Positions 1 through 8,626 of a stretch of 64,000 nt of DNA are shown in pieces (positions within the stretch are counted from its first letter, which is position 1; each line of letters starts with the position of its first letter). Both the position numbers and the translations under genes were made by a program. The notes under the pieces were generated by a model, which saw nothing but the letters and a program-made list of their open reading frames with translations, did not search any database and was not told where the DNA came from. Origin of the DNA: Candidatus Onthovivens sp. (GTDB lineage: Bacteria; Bacillota_I; Bacilli_A; RFN20; CAG-826); NCBI GenBank assembly GCA_048405595.1, contig DBFJOT010000010.1, positions 71,578 to 135,577 on the forward strand, given 5' to 3'.

Positions 1-671
1 AATCCTAAATAAATGGAGTTACCAAATAAAACGATTTTACCTTCACTTAAAGTTTCAGGAATAACATAACTTGACATTGTTGGCATGAAAACCATTTGTG
101 CTGCTGCTACAACTCCAGGTACTGTTTGTGGAAAAATACTTTTTGTGAAAATTTGTACTCTGTTACAACCTAAATCTAACGCCGCTTCAATTTGAGATTT
201 ATCAAGCTTAAGCATAGTTGTATATAAAGGTAAGATAACAAAAGGTAAATAGTTATAAACTAAACCAATCATTGTAGCTAAATATGGGTGACTTCCACCA
301 TTCATACCTAACCAAGTTAAAACGTCACGAGTTGCACCTGTTCTTAAAACGAAGTTAATCCACATTGGCATAACAAACAATAAAACTAAAACATAACTTT
401 TATTGAATTTATTATTTGAAAGCAAAAAAGCAATTGGATAACCGATAAACAAACAAATAATTGTATTCATTGTTGAGAATAAAAGAGACTCAACTAGAAC
501 ATTTATTTTATTTGTAGTTGTGAAAAAAGTTACAAGTGCTTCAAAGGAGAAAAATCCGTTTGCATCTGTAAACGCATAAAATACAATAAAGAAAATTGGA
601 AAAATAACAAATAAGATTAAGAATATGAAATAAGGTATACCAAGATACTTTCTTTGGAATCTAAATTTCAT
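1..671 (-). CDS. potB: Spermidine/putrescine ABC transporter permease (PotB-like). The C-terminal part runs off the left window edge.
   Basis: An open minus-strand frame reaches position 1. My translation from the ATG at 671-669 reads MKFRFQRKYLGIPYFIFLILFVIFPIFFIVFYAF... It is multi-TM and has an EAA-type loop (QIEAALDLGCNRVQIF). The start overlaps the potA stop by 11 nt. It is missing from the ORF track because it is truncated. Confidence 0.8.
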   Translation of the reverse strand, partial: MKFRFQRKYLGIPYFIFLILFVIFPIFFIVFYAFTDANGFFSFEALVTFFTTTNKINVLVESLLFSTMNTIICLFIGYPIAFLLSNNKFNKSYVLVLLFVMPMWINFVLRTGATRDVLTWLGMNGGSHPYLATMIGLVYNYLPFVILPLYTTMLKLDKSQIEAALDLGCNRVQIFTKSIFPQTVPGVVAAAQMVFMPTMSSYVIPETLSEGKIVLFGNSIYLG

Positions 672-2331
672 AGTTGCTTACCTCTTTTTTAAGACGTAGC
701 TTAATATCTGTTGGTTTTACTTTTAATCCGATAGTATCGTTTAAGTTATATGAATAAGTCGAAACAAAGACAAAATCTTCTTCATTTTCAGTTCTAACAA
801 TGTAACGGTAATGGTCACCGACATAAATTGAGTCGACAACTTCGCCGATAATTTGAGCTTCTTCGCTTTCGATATCATCGACAACATCAATTTTATCAAG
901 AGCAATTTCAGCAACGACGTCAGCATCGTTTAAATCATATTTATGTTGTCCATCTTTACTAATTAAATAGCCATCCTCATCTAATTTTGAACCTGGTAAT
1001 AATTGAGTAACATCACAATCAAATGGTGCATCATCAATCATGACTTGATTGTTTTTATTAATCCATGAATCAGTATAAGTATTCATTGTGTAATCTTTTT
1101 TCATGATATGAATTCCATCTGGGTTAATATTTAATTCAACAGTTGATCCAACTTCGAAATTATCAATTGATTTAACAAGTAATTCGTTTTTACCAATCAT
1201 AATTGTATATTGGTAATTCATACCTTTGAAAATTTTTGTATCGATGTAGCCTTTAAGCATTCCGTTTTCAGTAACAATGTGGACATCTTCTGGTCTAACA
1301 ACGACATCAATCTTTTCATTTGTAGGGAATTCGTCCATACAATCAAAGTTATGGTCAAGGAATCTAACTTTATTACGACCAACAATTGTTCCATTATAAA
1401 TATTTGATTCACCGATAAAGTCTGCTACGAAAGCGTTTTTAGGTTCATCATAAATTGCTTTTGGTGAGCCGATTTGTTGAATGACACCATCTTTCATAAC
1501 AACAATTGTGTCTGACATTGTTAAAGCTTCTTCTTGGTCGTGAGTAACATAAATAAAAGTAATGCCTAATTTTTGATGCATTTCTTTTAATTCGATTTGC
1601 ATATCTTTACGCATCTTTAAATCGAGAGCGCCTAAAGGTTCGTCTAATAAAAGAATTTCAGGTTCATTGACGATAGCTCTAGCAATCGCAACTCTTTGTT
1701 GTTGTCCACCACTAAGCGTACTAATATTTCTATCTTCGAGTGCTTCTAAATCAACAATTTTTAAAGCTCTTGCAACTTTAATGTCGATTTCTTTAGCAGA
1801 TAGCTTTGCATAAGAATAGCTATTTACTGGGGTTGATTTGTAATAATCAATTTGTTCTTGAAGCTTGTGTAACTTTTGTTCTTTTTCTTCGTCACTAATG
1901 TGCTTTTTTCTAGAAACAAGTCGATACTCGCTTTTAAGTTCCCTAATCTTCTTTTTATTAATTTTTAAGATTGGGTTTCCGTTTTCATCCTTCTTTAATT
2001 GAGGGATACGCTTAAGTCTTAGTCCGAATGCGATATTGTCATATACATCTAAATGAGGAAATAAAGCATAACGTTGAAATACCATGTTAATAGGTCTTTT
2101 GTTTGGTGGAACATTGGAAATGTCCTTACCGTTCAATAAAATAGATCCTGCTGATGGGAATTCAAAACCAGCAATCATTCTTAATGTAGTTGATTTGCCG
2201 CATCCTGATGGTCCAAGAAATGTGATAAATTCACCTTTGCGAACATAAAGATTAAAGTTGTCTACAGCAACCATGTCATCGTCATAGACTTTACTTACAT
2301 TTTTAAGTTCGATAATGTAGTTATCTTGCAT
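661..2331 (-). CDS. potA: Spermidine/putrescine ABC transporter ATP-binding protein, oversized (556 aa)
   Basis: Motifs present: Walker A GPSGCGKST, Q-loop VFQRYALFPHL, signature LSGGQQQRVAIARA, Walker B ILLLDEP, H-loop FIYVTHD. A TOBE-like C-terminal region follows. The permease gene lies directly downstream. Confidence 0.85.
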   Translation of the reverse strand: MQDNYIIELKNVSKVYDDDMVAVDNFNLYVRKGEFITFLGPSGCGKSTTLRMIAGFEFPSAGSILLNGKDISNVPPNKRPINMVFQRYALFPHLDVYDNIAFGLRLKRIPQLKKDENGNPILKINKKKIRELKSEYRLVSRKKHISDEEKEQKLHKLQEQIDYYKSTPVNSYSYAKLSAKEIDIKVARALKIVDLEALEDRNISTLSGGQQQRVAIARAIVNEPEILLLDEPLGALDLKMRKDMQIELKEMHQKLGITFIYVTHDQEEALTMSDTIVVMKDGVIQQIGSPKAIYDEPKNAFVADFIGESNIYNGTIVGRNKVRFLDHNFDCMDEFPTNEKIDVVVRPEDVHIVTENGMLKGYIDTKIFKGMNYQYTIMIGKNELLVKSIDNFEVGSTVELNINPDGIHIMKKDYTMNTYTDSWINKNNQVMIDDAPFDCDVTQLLPGSKLDEDGYLISKDGQHKYDLNDADVVAEIALDKIDVVDDIESEEAQIIGEVVDSIYVGDHYRYIVRTENEEDFVFVSTYSYNLNDTIGLKVKPTDIKLRLKKEVSNYEI

Positions 2332-2542
2332 TTAAAAAACTCCTATTTTTTGAAAGTAAATTTCTTTCAACTAACGTGCATAAAAACACAAGCAAAATAT
2401 AAAGAATTTTTATCCAAAATACAACATATTTTTTTCGTCAAAAAATGATTTTAATTTTTTGTTAATTTTTATTTAACAAAAAAATAGGAATTACATCGAT
2501 AACATCGATACTTTTCCTATATTCATTTTTTCAAAAATTGGT

Positions 2543-2570
2543 GAAAAAAAACCGAGAAATTTTCCCGGTT
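2543..2570 (-). terminator. Rho-independent terminator after argS
   Basis: On the minus strand the hairpin is ACCGGG-AAAATTT-CTCGGT (2551-2570), followed by a T-run (plus-strand A-run 2544-2550). It starts 5 nt after the argS stop. Confidence 0.6.
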
Positions 2571-2574
2571 TTTC

Positions 2575-4218
2575 TTACATAGATTCTTTAGCTTCAACAC
2601 CAAGTAAATTTAGCACATTTTTTAAGCAAATTTGGCACGCTTTAACAAGTGCTAATCTTTCACGTGTTACTTCCTTATTTTCAGGATCAATTACTTTAAC
2701 ATCGTTATAGTAAGAATGGAATAATTGAGCTAATTTATGAGCATAGTTTGTCATAATATTAACTTCTCTAATTTTACAAACATCAATAACAGTATCTTTA
2801 AATGAAGCAACGTGTTTTAATAAAGAAATTTCTTTCTCGTTTGTAAGTAATGGATATGAATCTTTAATTTCAAAATCATTTTGTTTTGAAAGAATTGAAT
2901 TCATTCTCGCATATGCATATTGAATATAATATACAGGGTTTTCACTAGATTGTTTTCTAGCTAATGTTAAATCGAAATCTAAATGTGAAATAATTGGCTT
3001 TGAAATGAAGAAATATCTTGCTACATCTACGCCAACATCTTCGCAAAGTTCACGAATTGTAACAGCGTTGCCAGTACGTTTTGACATTTTAACTTCTTGG
3101 CCATTTTCCATTAATCTAACGATTTGAATAATTCTAAATTCAAGCTCGTTATCATTGTAGCCAAGGATTTTTAATCCAGCTCTTAATCTAGCCATATAAC
3201 CATGGTGGTCAGCACCAAAAATATTGACTAAATGTGTGTAACCTCTATCGAATTTATCTTTATGATAAGCGATGTCAGGTGTAAAATATGTTAACGAACC
3301 ATCACTTTTAACTAAGACTCTATCCTTATCATCTCCAAAATCTGTAGTTCTTAACCATAATGCGCCATCTTGTTCAAAAGTATAAGGAGTTTTCTTAAGT
3401 TCGTTTAATGCATTTTGAACTTTTCCACTTCTATAAAGATCTAATTCTGATTGATAATGATCAAAGCCAACACGATATAAGTCTAAATCAACCTTAATTT
3501 TATCTAATTCTAATTTTGTTCCAACTTTTTTAAAGAAATCTTTTCTTTCTTCGCTATCATCATCAACCCATTTTGTGCCAATTTCTTTAGCGATATCTGT
3601 TGCTAATTTGATGACGTCTTTTCCTTGATAGCCAATTTTATTTAAATCAAAATTAAGTCCAAGAGCTTCTCTATATCTTTCATATAAAGAATTTCCTAAA
3701 GTTTCAATTTGATTACCAGCATCATTAACATAATATTCTCTTAAAACATCATATCCTGAGAAATTTAAAATTCTTGTTAATGTATCTCCATAAGCTGCTC
3801 CACGAGCATGTCCTAAATGAAGATCACCAGTTGGATTAGCACTTACATATTCAACCATTACTTTTTGATGATTTCCGAATTCATTTCTTCCATAATCGTC
3901 GCCTTTTGTAATTGCTGCTTTAATAATAGCCGTAATTGAATCTTTTTTAAGATAAAAATTAATAAAACCAGGACCTGCAATTTCAATCTTTTCGACGAAC
4001 TCACCTTTTTCAAGGAAAGTTTTTAAAGTTGTTGCGATGTCTCTTGGTGCTTTATGTAAATCTCTAGCTAAACGCATTGCAACGTTAGTAGAATAATCTC
4101 CGTGTGATAAATCTTTTGGAATTTCGATGATGATATTTCCTTCATTAATATCTAAGTCGAAAGCTTCTTTTAAACTTGTTTGAATTAAGCTAACCAATTC
4201 TTTACTAATTTCACTCAT
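2575..4218 (-). CDS. argS: Arginine--tRNA ligase
   Basis: 547 aa. Class I HIGH-type motif ANPTGDLHLGHARG and a KMSK-type motif (VKMSKRTG). Typical ArgS N-terminal domain and length. Confidence 0.92.
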   Translation of the reverse strand: MSEISKELVSLIQTSLKEAFDLDINEGNIIIEIPKDLSHGDYSTNVAMRLARDLHKAPRDIATTLKTFLEKGEFVEKIEIAGPGFINFYLKKDSITAIIKAAITKGDDYGRNEFGNHQKVMVEYVSANPTGDLHLGHARGAAYGDTLTRILNFSGYDVLREYYVNDAGNQIETLGNSLYERYREALGLNFDLNKIGYQGKDVIKLATDIAKEIGTKWVDDDSEERKDFFKKVGTKLELDKIKVDLDLYRVGFDHYQSELDLYRSGKVQNALNELKKTPYTFEQDGALWLRTTDFGDDKDRVLVKSDGSLTYFTPDIAYHKDKFDRGYTHLVNIFGADHHGYMARLRAGLKILGYNDNELEFRIIQIVRLMENGQEVKMSKRTGNAVTIRELCEDVGVDVARYFFISKPIISHLDFDLTLARKQSSENPVYYIQYAYARMNSILSKQNDFEIKDSYPLLTNEKEISLLKHVASFKDTVIDVCKIREVNIMTNYAHKLAQLFHSYYNDVKVIDPENKEVTRERLALVKACQICLKNVLNLLGVEAKESM

Positions 4219-4344
4219 ATAACTACCTCAAGTTTTTCTAAATCGTGTCTATTAGGATATCATAATTACTACTTTTTTTCTATTATTAATAATAGAAAGG
4301 CTTTTGCTCTTTTAAAGAGACAAACTTTCAAATAAAATTAAATT

Positions 4345-5115
4345 ATGACTATCGCAAAAAATTGGTTCACCATAGTAAAAATCGACAATCAAACTTTCGC
4401 TTTATGTGAAGCAAATCACGACGAAGAAACAAATTCATTTTTGCTTATCGGAGAGAAAAAAGCTTTATTAATTGACACCGGAATGGGGATTAAAAATATT
4501 TTTGATACCGTAAAATCTCTTACAGACAAAGAAATTGTAGTTGCAATCACTCATGCTCATTGGGATCACATTGGAGATATCGATAAAATTAAAACAGTCA
4601 TGATAAATAAAAATGAGGCTCCACGGCTTAAAAAATTTCCAATTAGTCAAAAACAAGTTCGTGACGAATTAGCAAAAACATCTCTTCCGTTTCCAAAAGA
4701 CTTTAATTTAAATGCATACAAAGTCCCTCTCGCTAATAACATAATTTATATTAATGACAACGATACTATCGATCTTGGTAATCGTAAAATTAAATGTATT
4801 TTCACACCTGGCCATTCTCCTGGACACACGTGTTTTTATGATCTTAATAATAATTATCTATTTTCAGGTGATTTAGTTTATAAAGGAGAACTTGATTGCT
4901 ATTATGAATCAACAGTTCCAACTGAATATAGAGATTCAGTTCATAAACTTGATTTATATAATATTTCTTATATTTTTGGCGGTCATCATGATTTATTTTT
5001 ATCGCGTTCAATTCTTGATGAAACAATAAAAGCATTCGATTATCTTTATTCAACTAAAAATTTAAGACACCAAAACAAGATTTTTAAATTCAATAATATT
5101 AGTATCCGTTTATAA
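4345..5115 (+). CDS. MBL-fold metallo-hydrolase
   Basis: Metallo-beta-lactamase signature THAHWDHIGD plus downstream His/Asp ligands (GHSPGH, GGHHD). 256 aa. Confidence 0.8.
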   Translation: MTIAKNWFTIVKIDNQTFALCEANHDEETNSFLLIGEKKALLIDTGMGIKNIFDTVKSLTDKEIVVAITHAHWDHIGDIDKIKTVMINKNEAPRLKKFPISQKQVRDELAKTSLPFPKDFNLNAYKVPLANNIIYINDNDTIDLGNRKIKCIFTPGHSPGHTCFYDLNNNYLFSGDLVYKGELDCYYESTVPTEYRDSVHKLDLYNISYIFGGHHDLFLSRSILDETIKAFDYLYSTKNLRHQNKIFKFNNISIRL

Positions 5116-5262
5116 AATTAAGCTATATTTTAAAAATCGACTAAGGTATATATTTAAACCATTACATTAATAAAATACAAATCCATTACTTCGTAGGCTT
5201 TAAGTGAAATCGACTTGTTGGAACCGTCGATTGCTAAATTTAAATAATTTTAAAAAAACATC

Positions 5263-5291
5263 TTGCATCACTGGTATTGATATGGTATATT
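5263..5291 (+). promoter_or_regulatory. Sigma-70-type promoter for tRNA-Arg
   Basis: TTGCAT (5263-5268), 17-nt spacer, TGgTATATT extended -10 (TATATT at 5286-5291). The -10 box ends 10 nt upstream of the mature tRNA 5' end. Confidence 0.55.
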
Positions 5292-5301
5292 AATTTGCGC
5301 T

Positions 5302-5378
5302 GGCCTTGTAGCTCAGTAGGATAGAGCAACAGCCTTCTAAGCTGTGGGTCAGAGGTTCGAATCCCCTCAAGGTCACCA
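5302..5378 (+). tRNA. tRNA-Arg (anticodon TCT)
   Basis: Cloverleaf read by hand: acceptor GGCCTTG/CAAGGTC, anticodon loop CT-TCT-AA, T-loop TTCGAAT, encoded CCA. Confidence 0.9.
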
Positions 5379-5425
5379 GTATAAAAATAGCGGGTTAAAT
5401 TATATTTAACTCATCTAATAAAAAA

Positions 5426-5458
5426 GCCGTCTTGTATTAATAAGGCGGCATTTTTTTA
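5426..5458 (+). terminator. Rho-independent terminator, probably bidirectional
   Basis: GCCGTCTT / AAGGCGGC stem (8 bp, one G:U) followed by TTTTTTT. An A-run precedes it, so it can also terminate the convergent minus-strand gene ending at 5534. Confidence 0.7.
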
Positions 5459-5533
5459 TGTCGTAAAGTCTCGATTGTATTGATACTTTTAGTCTTTTGC
5501 TCTTAAAAGATTATTTCTTTTAAGAGCTAAAAC

Positions 5534-6337
5534 TTATTCTATAATTTTATTTCTATTTTCCTTTTTAATTTCTTTAGCACTAAAGTGATTAAGAAATATT
5601 GTTACAGAAATTAAAACAAATGGCACAATCAAAATTAAATTAGGTAATATGCTAAATACTTTTTGATTAGAAAAAATTTTTAACAAATAAAACTCATGAA
5701 ATAAACCATAAACAACTACACCAAGCAAGAAACAAAGAATGATTAAGACGTAGTCTATGGCTTTTATTCTTTCTTCTTTGTTCTTTTTCACTACTCCTTG
5801 ATAGAAAGAGTGAGAGAATCTTGATAAGTTTGCAGTCATCATTGCTGAAGAGAAACTAGTTGCATCAAATTTAAAGAATGTTCGATACATAATCGCTCCA
5901 ATCACAGCAAACAAACAATTAGAGATAATGTTATTATAATCAAATTTATGATGGTCAATTTTATTAGAAGCAATTTCAAACGAAGACGGAATAAAAATAA
6001 TAATTAAAAGTATTACAAGAGCCATTATCGAAAAAATAAATGGGGAATGTTTTTCTTTTTTGTTAGCAATATCTTCAATCACATCACAAACAAATAAACC
6101 AATCATAAATGAAATTATTACCGGTACATAAATCATTAAATATTCAAATTGTCCTAAGATTAAATACATCGCTGCACTAACTAAATTACCTGTTTGGAGC
6201 ATTCCAAAGAAACCTTTAAACATCAATGTGTAGCCATCTAAAATTCCACACGCAAAACAAGCTATAAGGCAAATAGCCAATCTTAAATAATGGTTCTTTT
6301 TGCCTTGAAAATTCGGACTATTTTCCATACTTATCAA
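5534..6337 (-). CDS. YoaK/DUF1275-like multi-pass membrane protein
   Basis: 267 aa with about 6-7 hydrophobic segments. The N-terminal pattern GILDGYTLMF...MLQTGNL resembles the DUF1275 signature as I recall it. Confidence 0.45.
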   Translation of the reverse strand: MISMENSPNFQGKKNHYLRLAICLIACFACGILDGYTLMFKGFFGMLQTGNLVSAAMYLILGQFEYLMIYVPVIISFMIGLFVCDVIEDIANKKEKHSPFIFSIMALVILLIIIFIPSSFEIASNKIDHHKFDYNNIISNCLFAVIGAIMYRTFFKFDATSFSSAMMTANLSRFSHSFYQGVVKKNKEERIKAIDYVLIILCFLLGVVVYGLFHEFYLLKIFSNQKVFSILPNLILIVPFVLISVTIFLNHFSAKEIKKENRNKIIE

Positions 6338-6971
6338 TTAAATACTCCAATTTTGCAACGTTTTCGGCGACCATTCCAGGATTTAAAGTATCTAATTCAT
6401 CACTACTTTCAAAATTATCATACTTAACTGAAATAATTTTTACGCCAACTTTTTGGCATTGAATAACATCTTTTAACGAATCGCCAACATACAATAAATC
6501 TTCAGGTTTTAAGTTATGATCATCACATAATTCAAGAAGTCTTTTGTCTTTAATAGCTCCTAATAAATCCCCACAATAAAAATCTTCAAAATATTTAAAA
6601 GCGTGAAGTTTACTGAAAGAAATTAATGTTGACTCAACACTTCTACCCGTTAAAACGTATATTGTATAACCTTCTTCTTTTAACTTTTCTAGTAATTCTT
6701 CAATTCCTGGAAAGAATCCAGTTAATAATTGATCATGATTTTCTTCATATGATTTTAAGTATTCATAAAAAGCATCACGATGCTTTTCTTTTCCAACAAG
6801 CTTTAATAAAATTCCACTTTCATTTGGCCCAAAGCAAGCTTTAATTTGCTCAGCAGTTAAATGTTTTGGCCCATGTTTAATAATCGCGTCTTTAAACGCC
6901 TTATCAATAAGAGGCATTGAATGGCAAAGTGTTCCATCAAAATCAAATACTAAAGTTTTCATCTTGAGCAC
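6318..6971 (-). CDS. HAD-superfamily hydrolase (phosphoglycolate phosphatase-like)
   Basis: HAD motif I FDFDGTL, motif II LTGRS and motif IV GDSLKD. 217 aa. Confidence 0.8.
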   Translation of the reverse strand: MLKMKTLVFDFDGTLCHSMPLIDKAFKDAIIKHGPKHLTAEQIKACFGPNESGILLKLVGKEKHRDAFYEYLKSYEENHDQLLTGFFPGIEELLEKLKEEGYTIYVLTGRSVESTLISFSKLHAFKYFEDFYCGDLLGAIKDKRLLELCDDHNLKPEDLLYVGDSLKDVIQCQKVGVKIISVKYDNFESSDELDTLNPGMVAENVAKLEYLIDKYGK

Positions 6972-7157
6972 CTCCAGAAAAATATTTTATATTAAATGGA
7001 TATCCTATTTAAATAAATATTTTACTTTGAACCTCAAAAATTAATATCAATATAGTCCTTATTAAATTGTTATTTTTTAGATCAGGATTCTAATAAAAAA
7101 CCTTAAAAAATTAGAAAACATCGAACCCATATATAAAGATAATAAATGAAATTTCTT

Positions 7158-7186
7158 CTTGCATTTATAACTCTATTTTAGTATCA
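7158..7186 (+). promoter_or_regulatory. Promoter of the infC-rpmI-rplT operon
   Basis: TTGCAT (7158-7163), 17-nt spacer, TATCAT (7181-7186). Confidence 0.5.
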
Positions 7187-7189
7187 TAT

Positions 7190-7316
7190 TACAGCACGTA
7201 GAAAGAAAAGCGTCCGCTTCTCACCAGATTGAGTAGTATCGATTGGTTTTAAAGCTACAAAGAGTGATTACTATTGTATTTTTAACGGACGCATAACTTA
7301 ATGCGTCCGTTTTATT
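7190..7316 (+). promoter_or_regulatory. L20-type ribosomal-protein leader (transcription attenuator) upstream of infC
   Basis: Terminator AACGGACGCAT-loop-ATGCGTCCGTT (7284-7311) plus a T-run. A second copy of GCGTCCG at 7210-7216 can pair with CGGACGC (7286-7292) as an antiterminator. The position matches the Firmicutes infC/L20 leader. Confidence 0.6.
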
Positions 7317-7335
7317 TTATTTTAGGAGGACATTA

Positions 7336-7902
7336 ATTATAGCAACCGGATTTAACCCACAAATGGATAAAAACGCTAGAAAAGATCGTTACAATGGCGA
7401 CATCGTTAACGAAAAAATTCGTTTCCCAGAAGTTTTAGTAATTGGACCTAATGGTGAAAGCTTTGGAAAAATGAAAAGATATGAAGCTTTCAAAAAGGCA
7501 GAAGAATATGATTTAGATCTTCTTTGTGTCGCACCACAAGCAAACCCACCAGTATGTAAAATTATTAACTATGGTAAGTATCGTTTTGAATCACAAAAGA
7601 AAGCCAAAGAGGCAAAGAAGAACCAAAAGATTATTGAACTTAAGGAAATTCAACTCACTCCTCAAATTGGACAACACGATATCGATACTAAAGTCAAAGC
7701 AGCTATAAAATTCTTAGAAGAAGGCAACAAAGTTAAAGTTGGTGTCAGATTCAAAGGAAGACAAATGTCTCATCCTGAAGTTGGTGAAGACGCACTTAAT
7801 AGATTTCTAGAAAGTGTTAAAGATTACTGCAATATCGAAAAGAAACCTGTTCTTGATGGAAGATGGTTAACTTGTGTATTAGCAAGTAAAACAAAGAAGT
7901 AG
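7336..7902 (+). CDS. infC: Translation initiation factor IF-3, probably starting at ATT
   Basis: IF-3 signature sequence ([18 protein letters not shown]..., [15 protein letters not shown]...). A strong SD AGGAGG (7324-7329) sits 6 nt before the in-frame ATT at 7336. The first ATG (7363) has no SD. The frame is open from 7336 to 7363. Confidence 0.8.
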   Translation: MIATGFNPQMDKNARKDRYNGDIVNEKIRFPEVLVIGPNGESFGKMKRYEAFKKAEEYDLDLLCVAPQANPPVCKIINYGKYRFESQKKAKEAKKNQKIIELKEIQLTPQIGQHDIDTKVKAAIKFLEEGNKVKVGVRFKGRQMSHPEVGEDALNRFLESVKDYCNIEKKPVLDGRWLTCVLASKTKK

Positions 7903-7921
7903 AAAGAGAGGATACATTTTT

Positions 7922-8116
7922 ATGCCAAAAATGAAAAGTAAAAAGGCTTTAACAAAGAGAATTAAAGTTACAGGTAGCGGCAAAGTTAGAAGACATCACG
8001 CATATGTCAGCCACTTAGCACCACACAAAACACACAAACAAAAGAGACACTTAAGAAAAGCAGCTCTCGTTTCAAAGAGCGATATGAAGAGAATTAAGTA
8101 TCTCATTCAACAATAG
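7922..8116 (+). CDS. rpmI: 50S ribosomal protein L35
   Basis: 64 aa and basic ([24 protein letters not shown]...). Lies between infC and rplT. Confidence 0.95.
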   Translation: MPKMKSKKALTKRIKVTGSGKVRRHHAYVSHLAPHKTHKQKRHLRKAALVSKSDMKRIKYLIQQ

Positions 8117-8131
8117 TAGGAGGTAACTAGC

Positions 8132-8482
8132 ATGAGAGTAAAAGGTGGAAAAGTAACACATTTAAGAAGAAAAAAAGTTTTAAAACAAGCTAAAGGTTAC
8201 TTCGGAAGTAAACATATCTTATTCAAAACAGCTAAAGAACAAGTAATGCGTTCAAAAAGATATGCTTATATCGATAGAAGAAGAATCAAGAGAGATTTCA
8301 GAAAACTTTGGATCAAGAGAATCAATGCTGCTTGCAGATTAAACGACATCTCCTATTCAAAATTTATGCACGGATTAAAGGTTGCTAAAATTGACTTAAA
8401 CAGAAAAATGTTAAGTGAAATCGCAATCCACGATGCAAGTGCATTTGCTGAATTAGTTAAATTAGCTAAAGAAGCTCAATAA
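8132..8482 (+). CDS. rplT: 50S ribosomal protein L20
   Basis: 116 aa ([25 protein letters not shown]...). Canonical operon position. Confidence 0.95.
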   Translation: MRVKGGKVTHLRRKKVLKQAKGYFGSKHILFKTAKEQVMRSKRYAYIDRRRIKRDFRKLWIKRINAACRLNDISYSKFMHGLKVAKIDLNRKMLSEIAIHDASAFAELVKLAKEAQ

Positions 8483-8492
8483 TTAACAAACT

Positions 8493-8517
8493 AACTACTC
8501 GAAAGAGTAGTTTTTTA
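8493..8517 (+). terminator. Rho-independent terminator after rplT
   Basis: AACTACTC-GAAA-GAGTAGTT hairpin followed by TTTTTT. Confidence 0.8.
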
Positions 8518-8626
8518 TTGCCTATATAAAGAAGATAAATTCTTTGAAATGTTACTTTTTAACTATACAAAAAGCGCCCTTCATCCTTTCTTATCTAGGG
8601 AGATTTATTTAGGCGCTTTTAATGTT

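Noticed and set aside
741-1412. Short ORFs in the supplied track that lie inside or antisense to long, motif-supported genes. Examples: 741-926, 1210-1407 and 1218-1412. Similar cases are 4468-4656, 4844-5053, 6626-6844, 7526-7708, 11545-11751, 13268-13492, 15220-15675, 20065-20259, 25592-25801, 25884-26078, 27138-27335, 28356-28547, 32776-33006, 33555-33797, 37020-37262, 38402-38644, 39294-39977, 40667-40930, 41492-41731, 42868-43362, 49773-50015, 58756-58956, 59208-59444 and 60665-60886.
   Set aside because: All are 60-90 aa, overlap strongly supported genes in other frames, have low-complexity AT-driven composition (K/N/I/F/L-rich), and lack SD sequences. They are the expected chance ORFs of an AT-rich genome.
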